Source: Octopus bimaculoides (lineage: Eukaryota). From it: a DNA stretch of 64,000 bases. The DNA lies in the NCBI RefSeq assembly GCF_001194135.2, contig NC_068991.1, positions 51,104,107 through 51,168,106 on the forward strand, in the 5' to 3' direction. A model generated the notes under the pieces. That model was not told the DNA's origin. It ran no database searches and saw only the letters and a list, made by a program, of their open reading frames with translations. Below are positions 38,285-51,712 of the stretch, in pieces (position 1 is the first letter of the stretch; every line of letters starts with the position of its first letter). The position numbers and the translations under genes were made by a program.

Positions 38285-40015
38285 TTAAATTAAAATTAGC
38301 CCATTTTTTGATTACTGTTGCAATAGCTATTTTCTTTTCACTCCACCATATGAATTTCCATGAAATGTTCTTGTATTTTTATGATGCACCATAGATCAGG
38401 AAGCGTGCTCATGCTTACAGTGCTAGTTGGGTAATTTCCTCTTATACTGCTAAGGAGAATCACAAAATCCTTTTATCCTCTTCCCATAAAGGAAACAAGG
38501 ATGTTGTCCTTATCTTTTATTTTTTTACTTCTTTCAGTCATTAAATTGTGGCCATACTGGGGTACTGCTTTGAAGAATTCTTAGTTGAATGAATCGATCC
38601 CAGTACTTATTTTTGTTTAATGCCCAGTAAATATTCTTTCAGACACTTTTGCCAAACTGCTAAGTTACAGGCACATAAACACACCAACACTGGTTGCCAA
38701 GTGGTGGTGGGGGACAAACACAGCATTCACAAATACAAAGGCAAACACACACACACACACAACAGGCTTTCATTTTGTGTCTATCAAATCTACTCATAAG
38801 GCTTTGGTTGGCCAAAGGCTATAGTAGAAGACACTTGCCTGAGGTGTCACACAGTGGGATGACCCAAAACCATGTGGTTGGGGAGTAAGCTTCTTACCAC
38901 ACAGCCATGCCTGTGCTCAGTCAATAATAAACCTACATTGATACAATTATGTGATATGAGGACAAAATTGATATAGTTTCGCATTAAATTCTCCAACCGA
39001 GACATTTGGTGTAGGAAAAAAATAACATAAATTTGAAATAATATCTAAAGTGGATTTATTGAACAAGATAATCTCTGCATATATAAAATAAAATTTGTAG
39101 TTCATTGAGCATCATCTGATAAGATAATGGATTATTTGAGAGGAGATGTGGCTTGAGTTAGTGTACAAGATAGGGTACAGAATGTTCTCTCAGTGAAGCT
39201 TGTGACTTGAGGCTATCATTTACCTTTTACTATCTAAACAAGGTGTTCTCAACCATCCTTTGCCTATAGACCCCTTTAATTCATATTTTATTCTTCTGCC
39301 CCTCCCCCATGTTAAAAAAAATCCTTTTATATTTTTATAAATAAATATTAGGAACTGCATAAAAAAATTGTTAAAATATTTTGTGTATTGTAGAAGTATA
39401 AACCAATATATTGGTTTGAAATTATGGCACAAGGCCAGCAATTTTAGGGGAGCGGGTAAGTCAATTACATCAACCCCAGTGTTCGGCTGGTACCTCAGTG
39501 GAATTTGAACTAAGGACGTTAATTTGAAAGAAATGCCGCTTGGCATTTTTTCCAGCATGGTAACGATACTTTCAGCTCACAGCCTTAGTTGTATAACCAA
39601 TTTATTGCTAATAAATTTCAACAATAAATCTTATCTGAGTTCGCAAGTATCACATGAACCCTGGTTGAGAACCACTGATCTAAACTATAATTTTCAAAGC
39701 TTATTGTTTCAGGTGTGTTTTGCCTTCTTAAGTGTGTGTTAAATGACAGAAGTTATAGTATGTAAATAGGATTTCTGGTAACTGCTTATTTCTGTGTTGT
39801 GGTGACATGTTCAGTTACTTCAGTGATACAGTTATAATACTGACGTGTGTGTGTGTGTGTGTGTGTGTACATATGCATGCTTGTACATATCCTTCTTTTA
39901 TTCTTTTACTAGTTTCAGTCATTTGATAGCTGCCATGCCGGAGCATGCACATTTATATATCTATATATACATTTATATGCACGCACACACACAAACACAC
40001 ACATATATGTATGTG

Positions 40016-40064
<49 letters not shown>

Positions 40065-40381
40065 NNNNNNNNNNNNNNNNNNNNNNNNNNNNNNNNNNCT
40101 AATATGTTATATTTTCCCTATGTGATCATCAGTACTGAGGTAGTAAACACAGACAGCTAACTCAACATCAAAGTTTAAGATGCTTCAAAAGAAAAATTAA
40201 ATGTAAGATATTTTTCTGGTAAGTCAATTGTCAGTTGTAGACAAAAGAATTTATTTCAAAGATTTTGGTAAAGAAAAAGATATTCATACTTACCAGAATT
40301 CGTGCCACATTGATTATGCTCTTGCTGTAGTTTTTCTTATATTCCTTCATTGAAATTTTTTTTTTTTTCCATAAATTGCAG

Positions 40382-40539
40382 GCTCATGTACGGAAAATTA
40401 TTGCTCAAAGATTTGCCAATAATTTGCGAGAACAAAAACAACTTGAAGAAGAACGAATTAGGCATGAACTGCTTGAACAGGAACGTCTGGAAAGAGAACA
40501 AGAAGCTGCTGATGAAGAACTTATTGAAGAATCATTACG
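40382..40539 (+). CDS. Internal exon of the same myosin gene: end of IQ motif plus E/R/K-rich SAH/coiled-coil segment (AHVRKIIAQRFANNLREQKQLEEERIRHELLEQERLEREQEAADEELIEESL-R)
   Basis: Poly-T tract with ttgcag|gct acceptor and tacg|gtgagt donor; 158 nt, phase 0 to phase 2. Joined to the 1485-1591 exon it completes the IQ motif LLQAHVRKIIAQRF. Confidence 0.88.
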
Positions 40540-41496
40540 GTGAGTTGGCAACTCAAAACTTTTGGATTTTTCTTCATGATCTAAGATTTCTATAATTTGT
40601 CAAGACACGTAACAAAAGAAATGAGTTAAAGTAGTTTAGTTTTTATTTCTTTAATTTTGATTTTGATCTCTAATAATGATCAGTTGAATGTATTTATAAG
40701 AACAATCTAGTTTGTAATTCATTGAGTATTGTCATATGTTTCACTAAGAAAAAAGTTATCTTCTAGTTTAGGCAGGCTGATTAGGGAAACACATGTCCTG
40801 CATTTATTTACAGTACTTATGTTATGTGAGCCATCAAAGGAGCCTCTCCGCAGTCACTTGGCCTGCTAGAAATAGCAGCCAGATTCCCTTGAATCACATG
40901 CTGTAGGTTTTAACCCTTCAGCATTCAGATTACTTTATAAAATGTAATGCGTACATATTATTTTGAATTACTTGTTCATTGTCTAGTAGATTTGAAATTT
41001 CAGTGATGTTACTCTTTACTTTTGGAATGACATTGTAGGGTAAGTGTAAGAGGTCAGATCTGGCTGGTATGAACATAAAACAGGAACACTATTTGGGTTT
41101 GCTATGGCTGGTTTAAATGCTACAGGTTTAAAAAAGAATGTATTGACCAATGCAATCTTAGATATACATCTAACAGAATTGTCATAACTGGAATGCCTTT
41201 GGAGTAAACTACATGCATGTCCTCTCCTACCTGGTAATAGGATCCATAATAAATAGAGTTTCTGGTGGAATCTGGAGAATGAAGTGAGGCTTGTACTAAA
41301 ACAAAAAACAAAAAGAAAACCCCTTTCAGCTCCCTTGCATATTTGAGAGGCCCTCCCTGTGCCTGGAAATAGCCTTGTTTTGTCTTGCTAAATTTCTCCT
41401 GGAGACTCTGTTCCACAATAATGTGATTCTTCTTGAAAAACCCATTTTATTTTTCATCCATATCTCTTTAGAAGTAACATTCTCTAAATATATCTG

Positions 41497-41680
41497 CTCT
41501 ACGTTCCTTAGCAGCATCTCTACATTCCTTTGTAATGCGTCTACATTCCTTAGTAACATTTCTAGATTCCCTAGCAACATCTCTAGATTCCTTAGCAACG
41601 TATGTACATTCCATAGTAGCTTCTCTACATTCCATAGTAGCTTCTCTACATTCCATAGTAGCTTCTCTACATTCCATGCC
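41497..41680. repeat. 21-bp minisatellite, ~9 units (ctctacattccwtagyarcwt)
   Basis: Direct reading; it gives heptad-repeat ORFs on both strands (WNVEKLL, MECREAT, FSTFHSS). Confidence 0.9.
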
Positions 41681-42692
41681 AATATATGCTCTATTTTTAA
41701 TCACCTTATAACGGTCATCATCATCATCATCATCTAATGTCCATTTTCCATGCTGGCATGGATCAAATGGTTTGACAGGATCTGGCAAGACTGGGAGCTA
41801 TACCAAGCACCATTGTCTGTTTTGGCTCGATACCCTTCCTAATGTCAACCACTTTCACAGAGTATGCTGAGTGCTCTTTATATGGTGCCAAATATTGTAA
41901 TAGATAAGATCATCTATGCCACCTATAAGCTCGTGTAGGTAATGGCTATTTGGGTTGGTACATCATTTTTCATTGAAAGCTTCCTGGAAGCTTTATATTT
42001 TGGCAACCTATTCTTTAACTGGCACTCCATTGGTTATACCAATGAGGGTTCCAGTTGATACAGTCAGCAGAACAGTCTGCTCATGAAATTAATGTGCAAG
42101 TGACTGACTACTCCACAAATATATATACCCTTAACATAGTTTTCAGGGAGATTCAGAGTGACAGGAAGTGTAACAAGGTTGGCTCTTAGAAATAAAAGTA
42201 CTGCTCATTTTTGCCAGATGAATGAACTGGAGCAACATAAAATAAAGTGTCTTGCTCAAGTACACAGAGCATTGCCAGGAATTGAACTCATGACCTTATG
42301 ATTGTAAGCTGTATACCCTAACTACTAAGCCATGCACCTTCATCAACCTATTCTTTATTTTAAGGATTAATACCTGAAGAATTTACTGTTGCTTTCTGTG
42401 ATGATGGCTAACTTCAGTGAGTTAGAATTATGCTGGAGTCTATTTAATTTTATCTTTTACTTGTTTCAGTCATTAGACTTTGGCCATGCTGGGGCACCAC
42501 CTTAAAGAATTTTTAGTTGAATGAATTGGCCCTGGCACTTACAGTTTAAGCCTAGTAAATAGAATAAATATTCTATTGACCTCTTTTGCCAAACTGCTTA
42601 GTTACGGATGTAAACACACTGACATCAGTTATCAAGTGGTACTGGGGGACAAGCACACATGCATACACACACTCGCATGCACACACATGCAT

Positions 42693-42724
<32 letters not shown>

Positions 42725-43904
42725 GTATACAATGGGCTTCTTTCCGTTCTGTTTACCAAGTCCATGCACTATGCTTTGGTTAGCTCAAAGCTATAATAGA
42801 AGATACTTGCTCAAGGTGCCATGCAGTGGGACCGAACTTGGAACCATATGGTTGGGAAGCAAGCTTCTTATCACACAGCTATGCCTGTGCCTATTCTTAT
42901 TCTTTCAGTAGACCTACTTTATTTTTTTCTATCACCCTCATCAAATATCATCCTCATAAAATCTGAGATAAGAATTATGGTGTTGCTATTATCGAAGTTT
43001 GATCTTCTCTATCATTCACATATTGCACTACACAAACCTGGGAAAACATTAAAGCCACAATTTCTCACTTGCTTTGCATATAATATATTCCCCCATCTCT
43101 TTTTTTTTTCTGCAGCCTCCCTCTATCTTCTCTGTTTTCCTTTGTTATGGTCTTTGTCACTTCTGCTCTGCTCCTATGAATGCATCATAAATTGCCCTGA
43201 TAATCAATGTGTAATGTTTGAACTGCCATAACAATCAATATCTAAAAGACACTCATCTCTACCCGTTTTGCTCTGCCTATTACAAACGAGAATGACTTGA
43301 CTGGATTTATCTGATCCGAATGAATCATTTGATAAATGGTTGACAAAATACATCATTGTCCTCATGTTTTATACTTCTTTGCCCCAACTTGTAAACCATG
43401 AATCCTACTCCTCATCATCATTCAACACCCATGTTCCATACTGGTGTCAATTAGATCCATGAATACACAATATGTTGCTTTCAAATTTTAGCACTAGGCC
43501 AGCAATTTTGTGGGGTGGAGTTAAGTTGATTACATCAACTCCAGTGCTCAGCTGTTACTTATTTTATCAGCCCTGAAAGTATGTAAAGCAAGTTGACCTC
43601 AACAGAATTTGAACTCTGAACATAATGTCCACACACATACGTATGTGTGTTTGCATGTGTATTCCTCCCTTGATAGAATGTAATGGTTGTACACAAGCAT
43701 CACTATTGTACACACAATGTTGTTTGTTTCTAGTCTTGCATGGAAAACAAGTCAGGTCACTGGGAACTATTTCCTAGCTTGGAAACATGTGAAGATTGGA
43801 AAGGCATCCAGCCATAGAAAATAAATTCCATCCAACCCATGCAAACACGGAAAGGTAGATGTTAAATGATGAAAATAATGACACACGCTTACTCTACATA
43901 TACT

Positions 43905-44105
43905 CTTACCCTTTTACTCTTTTACTTGTTTCAGTCATTTGACTGTGGCCATGCTGAAGCAGCGCCTTTAGTCGAGCAAATCGACCCCAGGACTTATTCT
44001 TTGTAAGCCTAGTACTTATTCTATCGGTCTCTTTTGCCGAACCACTAAGTTACGGGGATGTAAACACACCACCATCAGTTGTCAAGCGATGTTGGGGAGA
44101 CAAAC

Positions 44106-44168
<63 letters not shown>

Positions 44169-44338
44169 TATACATATATACGACGGGCTTCTTTCAGTTT
44201 CCGTCTACCAAATCCACTCACAAGGCTTTGGTCAGCCCGAGGCTATAGTAGAAGACACTTGCCCAAGATGCCACACAGTGGGACTGAACCTGGAACCATG
44301 TGGTTCGTAAGCAAGCTACTTACCACACAGCCACTCCT
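43905..44338 (-). mobile_element. SINE family A, near full length; other copies at ~20300-20400(-), 23030-23160(+), 32945-33130(+), 36500-36895(-), 38515-38915(-), 42448-42885(-), 53870-54040(+), 54350-54500(-), 57292-57400(+), 58085-58310(+), 61045-61230(-)
   Basis: Recurrent, easily aligned ~430-bp unit with a B-box-like ggttcagtccca in the head. Confidence 0.85.
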
Positions 44339-44689
44339 ATGCCTATGTATATACACATACTATATACATACACACACTGTCCACATATGACTCCATTCTC
44401 TCAGTCATAGCCCCAGAGCCCTTCAGTGTGTATATTGGAGTTCTGTGTTTACTCTTATGAAGTACCCCAGTGTGATGGTGTTTCTGTCCCACTGTTAGGG
44501 ATCAATAATTTACAATCAAGGAATTGCAAGCCTTGATTACTTTAAGCTACTTAATGAACTTATTGCAATGAGCCACCAGTAAAATCTCATTATATCTCAT
44601 TATCAGCTTAGTGAGCAGTGAATTAACCTGGGTACATTTGTTGCCATAGTCACCAATATAGAGTAATAACACATGTGTGTGTGTATGTA

Positions 44690-44741
<52 letters not shown>

Positions 44742-46664
44742 CATGGTGGGAAGTGTTTTCAGTGACAGTAATAGAAATACAGAAATTCAATTATAAATTT
44801 ATAGATTTATTATTGACCAAAACAAATTGGATATTATTGTTTTTGTTCTTTTTTTCTTGTTTTTGTTTGGTGGCAGTGGTTGTAAATGTTGGTGGGGGTG
44901 GTCATAAAAGCTGTTAGATTTATGAATTGAGACATAGTAGCAACAGCAGCAGTATTAACAATATTAGAAATAATATTATTAATAGTATTTTCAAACTTTG
45001 GCACAAGGCCTGCAATTTCGAGGGAAGGGGCAAGTCAAATGCACCAATCCCAGTCCTCAGTTGGTACTTATTTTACTGGCCCTGAATGGAGGAATGTCAA
45101 AGTTGACCCTGGTGGAATTTGAGCACAACACATAAAGACAGATGAAATGTTGTTAAGCATTTTGCCTGACATGCTAATGATTCTACTACCTTGCCACCTT
45201 AATAATGATGATGATGATAATGATAATAATAATAATAATAATGATAATAATGATAATAATAATACCGCTTGACTGGCCTTCGTGCCAGTGGCACGTAAAA
45301 GCACCCACTACACTCTCGGAGTGGTTGGCGTTAGGAAGGGCATCCAGCTGTAGAAACTCTGCCAAATCAGATTGGAGCCTGGTGTAGCCATCTGGTTCAC
45401 CAGTCCTCAGTCAAATTGTCCAACCCATGCTAGCATGGAAATTGGATGTTAAACGATGATGATGATGAATAATATTGGTTTCTAATTTTGGCACAAGGCC
45501 AGAAATTTTAAGGGAGCTGGTAAGTTAATGCATCAACTCTAGGGACATGATGCTACTTATTTTATCAACCCTGAAACGATGAAAGGCAAAGTCGACCTCA
45601 GTGGAATTTGAACACAGAATGTAAGGAGTAATAATAACAATATTGTAGTCATGATAGAAAGATATCCCCTGACTTAAGAAAAAAAAAATGAAGCAGTGTG
45701 TCCTCTTCTCAACAACAAACATTCAAGTGCCACCAACGTTTGTTGTGTGAAACCACTTTTAAAATTTCAGAATGACAGAAACTATTATTGACAACTCCCT
45801 CCTCTTTACAGTGTTACTAAGCACCAGAATAGTTCATATAGAACCAAGTCTAAGAGGCATTTAGATTTTCTACATTACTACATAATGGTGATCTTTCATC
45901 CCAGTGAATTTCAGAAAGATAAAAGTTGTTGTCATTAATGATGTTTTGTATGAAAAACACTGAGTTGTCTGCCTATTGGCTACACTTAGCTGAGTTGCCT
46001 AACCATTGACTCCATCAGGCTATCAGCTATTCAATAAGAATTCATCTGTCAAATTATTTTAGCCCAGCATGTACAGTTATGGCCCACTCTCCCCAATCCC
46101 TATTCTATTACCAACATGACTGAGAGGAAGGAATGTCTGTCTCCCATGCCAGTCACAAATACCACCTATATAATATAATGAGATGTGAGATGTCAAACTT
46201 TGATCAACTGAAATTATCCAGACAATTAGTAAAGAAGAACTCCCTTTCGAGATGTTTACAAACATTCAAGGGAGATAACTCTATAACATCATTTGATCAA
46301 AGATTTTTGGACAATGTCGATAGTGGAGGTTAGAGAAGATCTGATTTTTTAAAACTAGCGCGACCACCACAACATATATGTTTGAGCCTTATTAGATGTC
46401 AGTGAAACATATTTTAACAATTGCAGTGTGGAAAGTGTTTATAAGCCATTTAAGAAACACACAAAAACCTGATTACATGAACCCCAGTGTTCAACTGGTA
46501 CTTTCGTCCTTTCATCAACTCTGAAAGGATGAAAGGCAGTCAACCTTGGCGGAATTTAAACTCAGAAATGTAAAGACGGACGAAATGGCGCTAACCATTT
46601 TACCTGGTGTGCTAATAATTCTGCCAGCTTGCCACCCTAAGCGTGATCAATATATTAATTTAAA

Positions 46665-46875
46665 TAAGGTAGCAAGCTGGCAGAATCGTTAGCAAGGCGG
46701 GTGAAATGCTTAGCGGTATTTCATCTGTCTTTATGTTATGAGTTCAAATTCCACCGAGGTTGACTTTGCCTTTCATCCTTTCAGGATTGATAAATTAAGT
46801 ACCAGTTGCATACTGGGGTCGGTCTAATCAACTGACCCTCCCTCTCCCAAAATTCCGGGCCTTGTGCTTTGAGTA
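46665..46875 (+). mobile_element. SINE family D; other copies at ~12145-12360(+), 20880-21050(-), 21068-21245(+), 21372-21565(-), 21683-21885(-), 39420-39580(-), 43490-43620(-), 44995-45200(-), 45487-45625(-), 46455-46640(-), 46900-47090(-), 58785-58985(-)
   Basis: aaggtagcaagctggcagaatcgttagc...gagttcaaattccaccgaggttgactttgcctttcatcctttc...taagtaccagttg...ggccttgtgc recurs with high similarity. Confidence 0.85.
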
Positions 46876-47339
46876 GAAAAAATATATTAATTTAAAATTT
46901 TGGCACAAGACCAGCAAGTTTTGTGGGAGGGAATAAGTTGATTACATTAATTCCAGTGGTCAACTGGTAATCATTTTATCGACCATGAAAGGATGAAAGC
47001 CCAAGGTGACCTCAGCAAAAGTCAGAATGTAAAGGTGGATGAACTATTTTGTCCGGTGTGCTAACGTTTTTGCCAACTTGCCACCTTACGAGTGACCAAT
47101 ATATCTTATTGAAGAAATAGAAGGAATGTATTGAGATGGATTATGAATATCAATAATGTGGCTTAAGGGAAATACATCAGAGGAGGTTCCTGTTTGTTAA
47201 ATACCCAAATGGCAGCGTAGCACACTATCAAGCACTGCTTAGCCGTTTGTGCTGTGTGGGTTGCACTTAGAGAGTGCTTTCACCATAACCTAATTATATC
47301 TCACACCACAAGTGACTGGGGTTACTTAATGGCTGTAAC

Positions 47340-47903
47340 AGTGGTGGTGGTGGTGGTGGTGGCAGTGATGGTGGTGGTGGTGGTGGTGATGGTGGTGATA
47401 TGATGGTGGTGGTGATGTGGTGGTGGTGGTGGTGATGGTAGTGTCAGTGGTCACGGTGGTCATGATTGTGGTGGCATTGATGGAGATGATGGTTGTGGTG
47501 GTGGTAGTGGTATGGTGTCAGTGGTTACATTGGTCATGGTTATGGTGGCATTGATGGTAGTGGTGATAGTGGTGGTGGTGGTGGCAGTAGTGGTGGTAAT
47601 TGTATTTGGTGTAAGTTGTGCTAAACCTTGTATTAGTGTATGGTTGATTGAGCTGTGAATGATGTAGTGCTTTTGGTGGTAGTGGTGGTGGTTTTATTTT
47701 TATAGTGGTTATTGTGGTAGCAATAACTGTAGTGTTGGTAGTTGTAGTGGTGTAGTTTCAGTGTTAACTGTAATTGTTGGTAGTAGTAGTGGTAGTAGTA
47801 TTTGTCGGTATGTTAATGTGGTTTGTACAGATGCTGATATAGAAGTAAGCATTATTATCATTATTATCATTATTATTATTATTAGTAGTAGTAGTAGTAG
47901 TAA

Positions 47904-47942
<39 letters not shown>

Positions 47943-47976
47943 CAGCAGCAGTGGCAACGGCGGCGGCTGCAGCAGC

Positions 47977-48019
<43 letters not shown>

Positions 48020-48030
48020 ACAGCAATAAT
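47340..48030. repeat. Degenerate (GGT)n / (AGT)n / (ATT)n low-complexity tract
   Basis: Direct reading. Confidence 0.85.
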
Positions 48031-48578
48031 GGTTGGGTGGAATTGGGGAGGTAGTTAGCGATTTATTGAATTAAGGAAATTCACTTTTCGCTAACCACTG
48101 TTTTATCTCTGTTTCAATGCCTGACCCCTACAGTTCCAGCTATCTTAGAGTTCCTGATATTTTTAGCTAATGTCTTAGAAGACACATTCCTGCCGTCAAT
48201 AATCTCCATGCCATTCTATAAGAAAAACCGTTTCTTTTCCTTTCAATTCTTATTTGTTTTTCAGTTTTTGTTTTGATAATTGAGTTTGGGATTTGTATTT
48301 GGATAAACATGTTTGTACTTAGTTCTTCTTCTTTTGAAGCCAACATAAAAATGATTCCAAATTAGATGGCGTTTCTTTTTTTTGACTTCTTCAACAAATC
48401 CACAACTAAAAATTGCCTTTAAAAATATTCCAACATTGTTGGTTTAAAAGGAAAATAAAAAGCAGTTATTTTTTAGTATACAAATATATTTCTAGAATTT
48501 GAATTTTAAAGAATAACGAGATAAAAATGAAATACCTCTGTGTTATTTGTTGATGATTGTAGGTAGTTTTGGTTTTAA

Positions 48579-48798
48579 CCCTTTCGTTACCAATCTGGCT
48601 GAAACCGGCTCTGGCTCTGAGTACAAATGTCTTGTTTTTATAAGTTTTGAAGGAAAATCTTCTACCAAACCTTAGTCACAATTTATGTTCCTAACACTAG
48701 CTGATTGATAACTAAGTTATTTTACTAAATTCTTTGTTATATTTAAAGTAATTCAAAGAAACACAGAGCGTTTCAAAATAAATACAGTAACGAAAGGG
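48579..48798. mobile_element. 220-bp TTAA-flanked MITE of a second subfamily
   Basis: Perfect 12-bp TIRs ccctttcgttac/gtaacgaaaggg, flanked by TTAA at 48575-48578 and 48799-48802. Confidence 0.85.
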
Positions 48799-51531
48799 TT
48801 AAAGTTGAAATAGTTTCTTAAAAGAATTCACGGCAATGTTTCTTGTAATGGGGAGAGATAGTCATGAGTTCTTAGTAAATGTCGGCATATGGAAAGTTTA
48901 TTGAGGAAGAACAATGGTACTCTAACTGTCAGACCATATGCAGGCTAAATCTTATGGCAAGGCTAGCCAAAGAAAACTGTAGACATTATTTAAGGAGTAA
49001 AACTAACCCTCTCTATCTTTCAGAGGACTAAGTATTTCATTTATTGATTCCTTACATAACTGGTGATAAGTAAGGCTTATGAAGATGTCTCATAGCAAAG
49101 ACTTATTTAGTTGATATGCTCGAAAAGACACCAGTTATGTCTTTAGGACCTCAATACAGTATCATCTGTGATCTGTAAAATTTAAATTGAACACTTTAGC
49201 ATTTATCTGGCCACATCCAGCCTAAATATTCTACCTCTTTTAATTAAAACTGACCAGATCCAACATCTCGCATCTATCCAACGATGTCATTGTAAAAATA
49301 TACAAACACACCATTGAAATCTCAAAGCTATGAGATAATGCATAATTAATTCAAAACAATATGAATAAATAAGCAATTCCTTTGATAAACAAATCTTAAT
49401 CCTCAAGGCTTACACCTGTCATCCAAAGCATTCAAATTTGGTAATATCTGTTGATTCTAGATTAAATGTTTTTCATTGGTTCATTCTAAAGGAAGCAAAA
49501 CGATGTTTTTATGGCCTTTGCAGCTCTTGCACACCATTAGATTAATGTAGTTGATGCTCTTCCTGAACAAATTAATAGCTGCATTAAAGACAGAGTGAGA
49601 GGAACTTTCAAAGGGCTGAGGTTTGAGTGAAAAGCAGTGGTCATAGGGATTGGCATGTGGTTGGAGTGGTGGTGATGGTGGTAGACACAATATAGGGGAT
49701 AAGAATTAATAAAGATTCTAGTGCTTTTCATAGCCTCATCCCTTTTCCTTCAGCTGTTGACATTTGATGGGGAACCTCATTATCATCATCATCACACGTT
49801 TGTTGTCTATGCTGGCATGGATTGGATGGTTTGATCAGGGCTGCCAAGCTGAGGCATGCACCAGACTTCAGCCTGATTTTGCATGGCTTCTATGGACGGA
49901 TGCCCTTCCTAATGCCAACCACTCTGAGAGTGTAACAAGTGCTTCTATGTGCCACTGGAATGAATGCCAGTTGAATGGATTCAGTATCTGTCATGACTAT
50001 GATCTCATGTAACTTGATGGGTCTTCGTCTCAAGCATGGCATATTGCTGAAGGTTTTGGTCAATTTTTCATTGCCTCCATGAGGCCCAATGCATGGAAAG
50101 TGCTTTTTACATGCCACTGGCACAGGTGCTAGTTATGTGACACCAGCATTGGCCACATTGTCTCCATGAGGCGCAATGCTTGAAGGTGCTTTTTACATGC
50201 CACAGGAAGAGGTGCTAGTGATGCGACACCAGCATCGGCCAAACCTCTACAAGTATATGAATACGTTTATCCCTCTTTCATAGAGTGAAGTCAAAATGTC
50301 CATAAACTTAAAATTTATGATTTTCCAGTTCGTAACTGGAAACTAAGCAATATTGATTACCTCAATTTTTTTTAAAGGCCTCATAATTATAGATAAGGAA
50401 AGTGAGATTATGTGACAAGCATGCTTTTTACAAATCCATTAGTGATGCAAGTTAAGTGAAATAACTGCAATCAGGTCAAGGATGCAGTATGTCGGTAGCT
50501 TACTCTTACTGTAGAACGACCGTTATTTGAAGGAACCATTTCCAAAGTCATTTTTATTTGACTTACTTTCTGCGTGCAAGTGCATGGCTTAAGATAACAA
50601 AAACCTTGCTTCAACAAAATAATCAAACATTGATTTCTCTCAGACTCTTGTCTTGAGTATTGTTTATTTTTAAATTTCTTGTATTTTATTAACTAAATCT
50701 ATATAACATCATTGTTTTCCTACAACTAAAAAAAACAAAAAACACACATGCATTTTTATATTAGTTTAACCATAAAATTAAATCTTTGAGACCTAATAAA
50801 GAAAACAGTATGCTATATGGATTTTAACAGAAGATAGTACCACCAAAGGAGTAGACATATCAATAAAGGGATTAAACATGTTGATTAGTGATTAGGGAGT
50901 AATAACTAATGATTAAACATGTTGACTTGTGATTAGTGATTGACCATGTTGATTAATGTGTGATACCACTGTAATTCTGGTCAAGACTAAGAATATCAAA
51001 TATGTTATTTTTATTTTACATTTTCTCAGGAATCAATATATGATATGATTATAGTCTTTGAGATCAATTGTGAGGAATCTATAATTTTCTATTCTTTTCT
51101 TGTATGGCTGCTGTCCTCATAAGCAACAACAGTCTGCTTATCACATTAATCTCTGACTGGAATATACAACTGAATATATGAATGAGAGAGAGAGAGAGTG
51201 TGTGTGTGTGTGTGAAGGCATGTGGCTTAGTGGCTAGGGTATTCTGGCTCATGATTGTAATCTTGTGAGTTTGATACCCAGTGGCACATTGTGTCCTTGA
51301 GTAAGACAGTTTAGTTCTCATTGCTTCAATCCACTCATCTGGCAATTATGAGTTGCATCCATAATTCAAAGGGCCAGCCTTGTCACACTCTGTGTCATTC
51401 TGAATCTCCCTGTGAACTAAGTTAACAGTATTGATATATGTGAAGTGCTCAGCCATTTGCACGTTAATTTCACAAGCAGACCGCTCAGTTGGAACACTCA
51501 TCATTTGTAAATAACAGAGAGCCTGGCCAGT

Positions 51532-51569
<38 letters not shown>

Positions 51570-51655
51570 AAAATAAGGGTGTTGAATGATTACAACACTA
51601 CTCTGCTAGAAATAGACCCCAAATGGTCTATGAACCACTTAGATCATTACTCCAC

Positions 51656-51699
<44 letters not shown>

Positions 51700-51712
<13 letters not shown>

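Noticed and set aside
49549-49620. Possible + exon INVVDALPEQINSCIKDRVRGTFKGL
   Set aside because: Phase 0-2 does not fit between the phase-2 flanking myosin exons, and the donor is weak.
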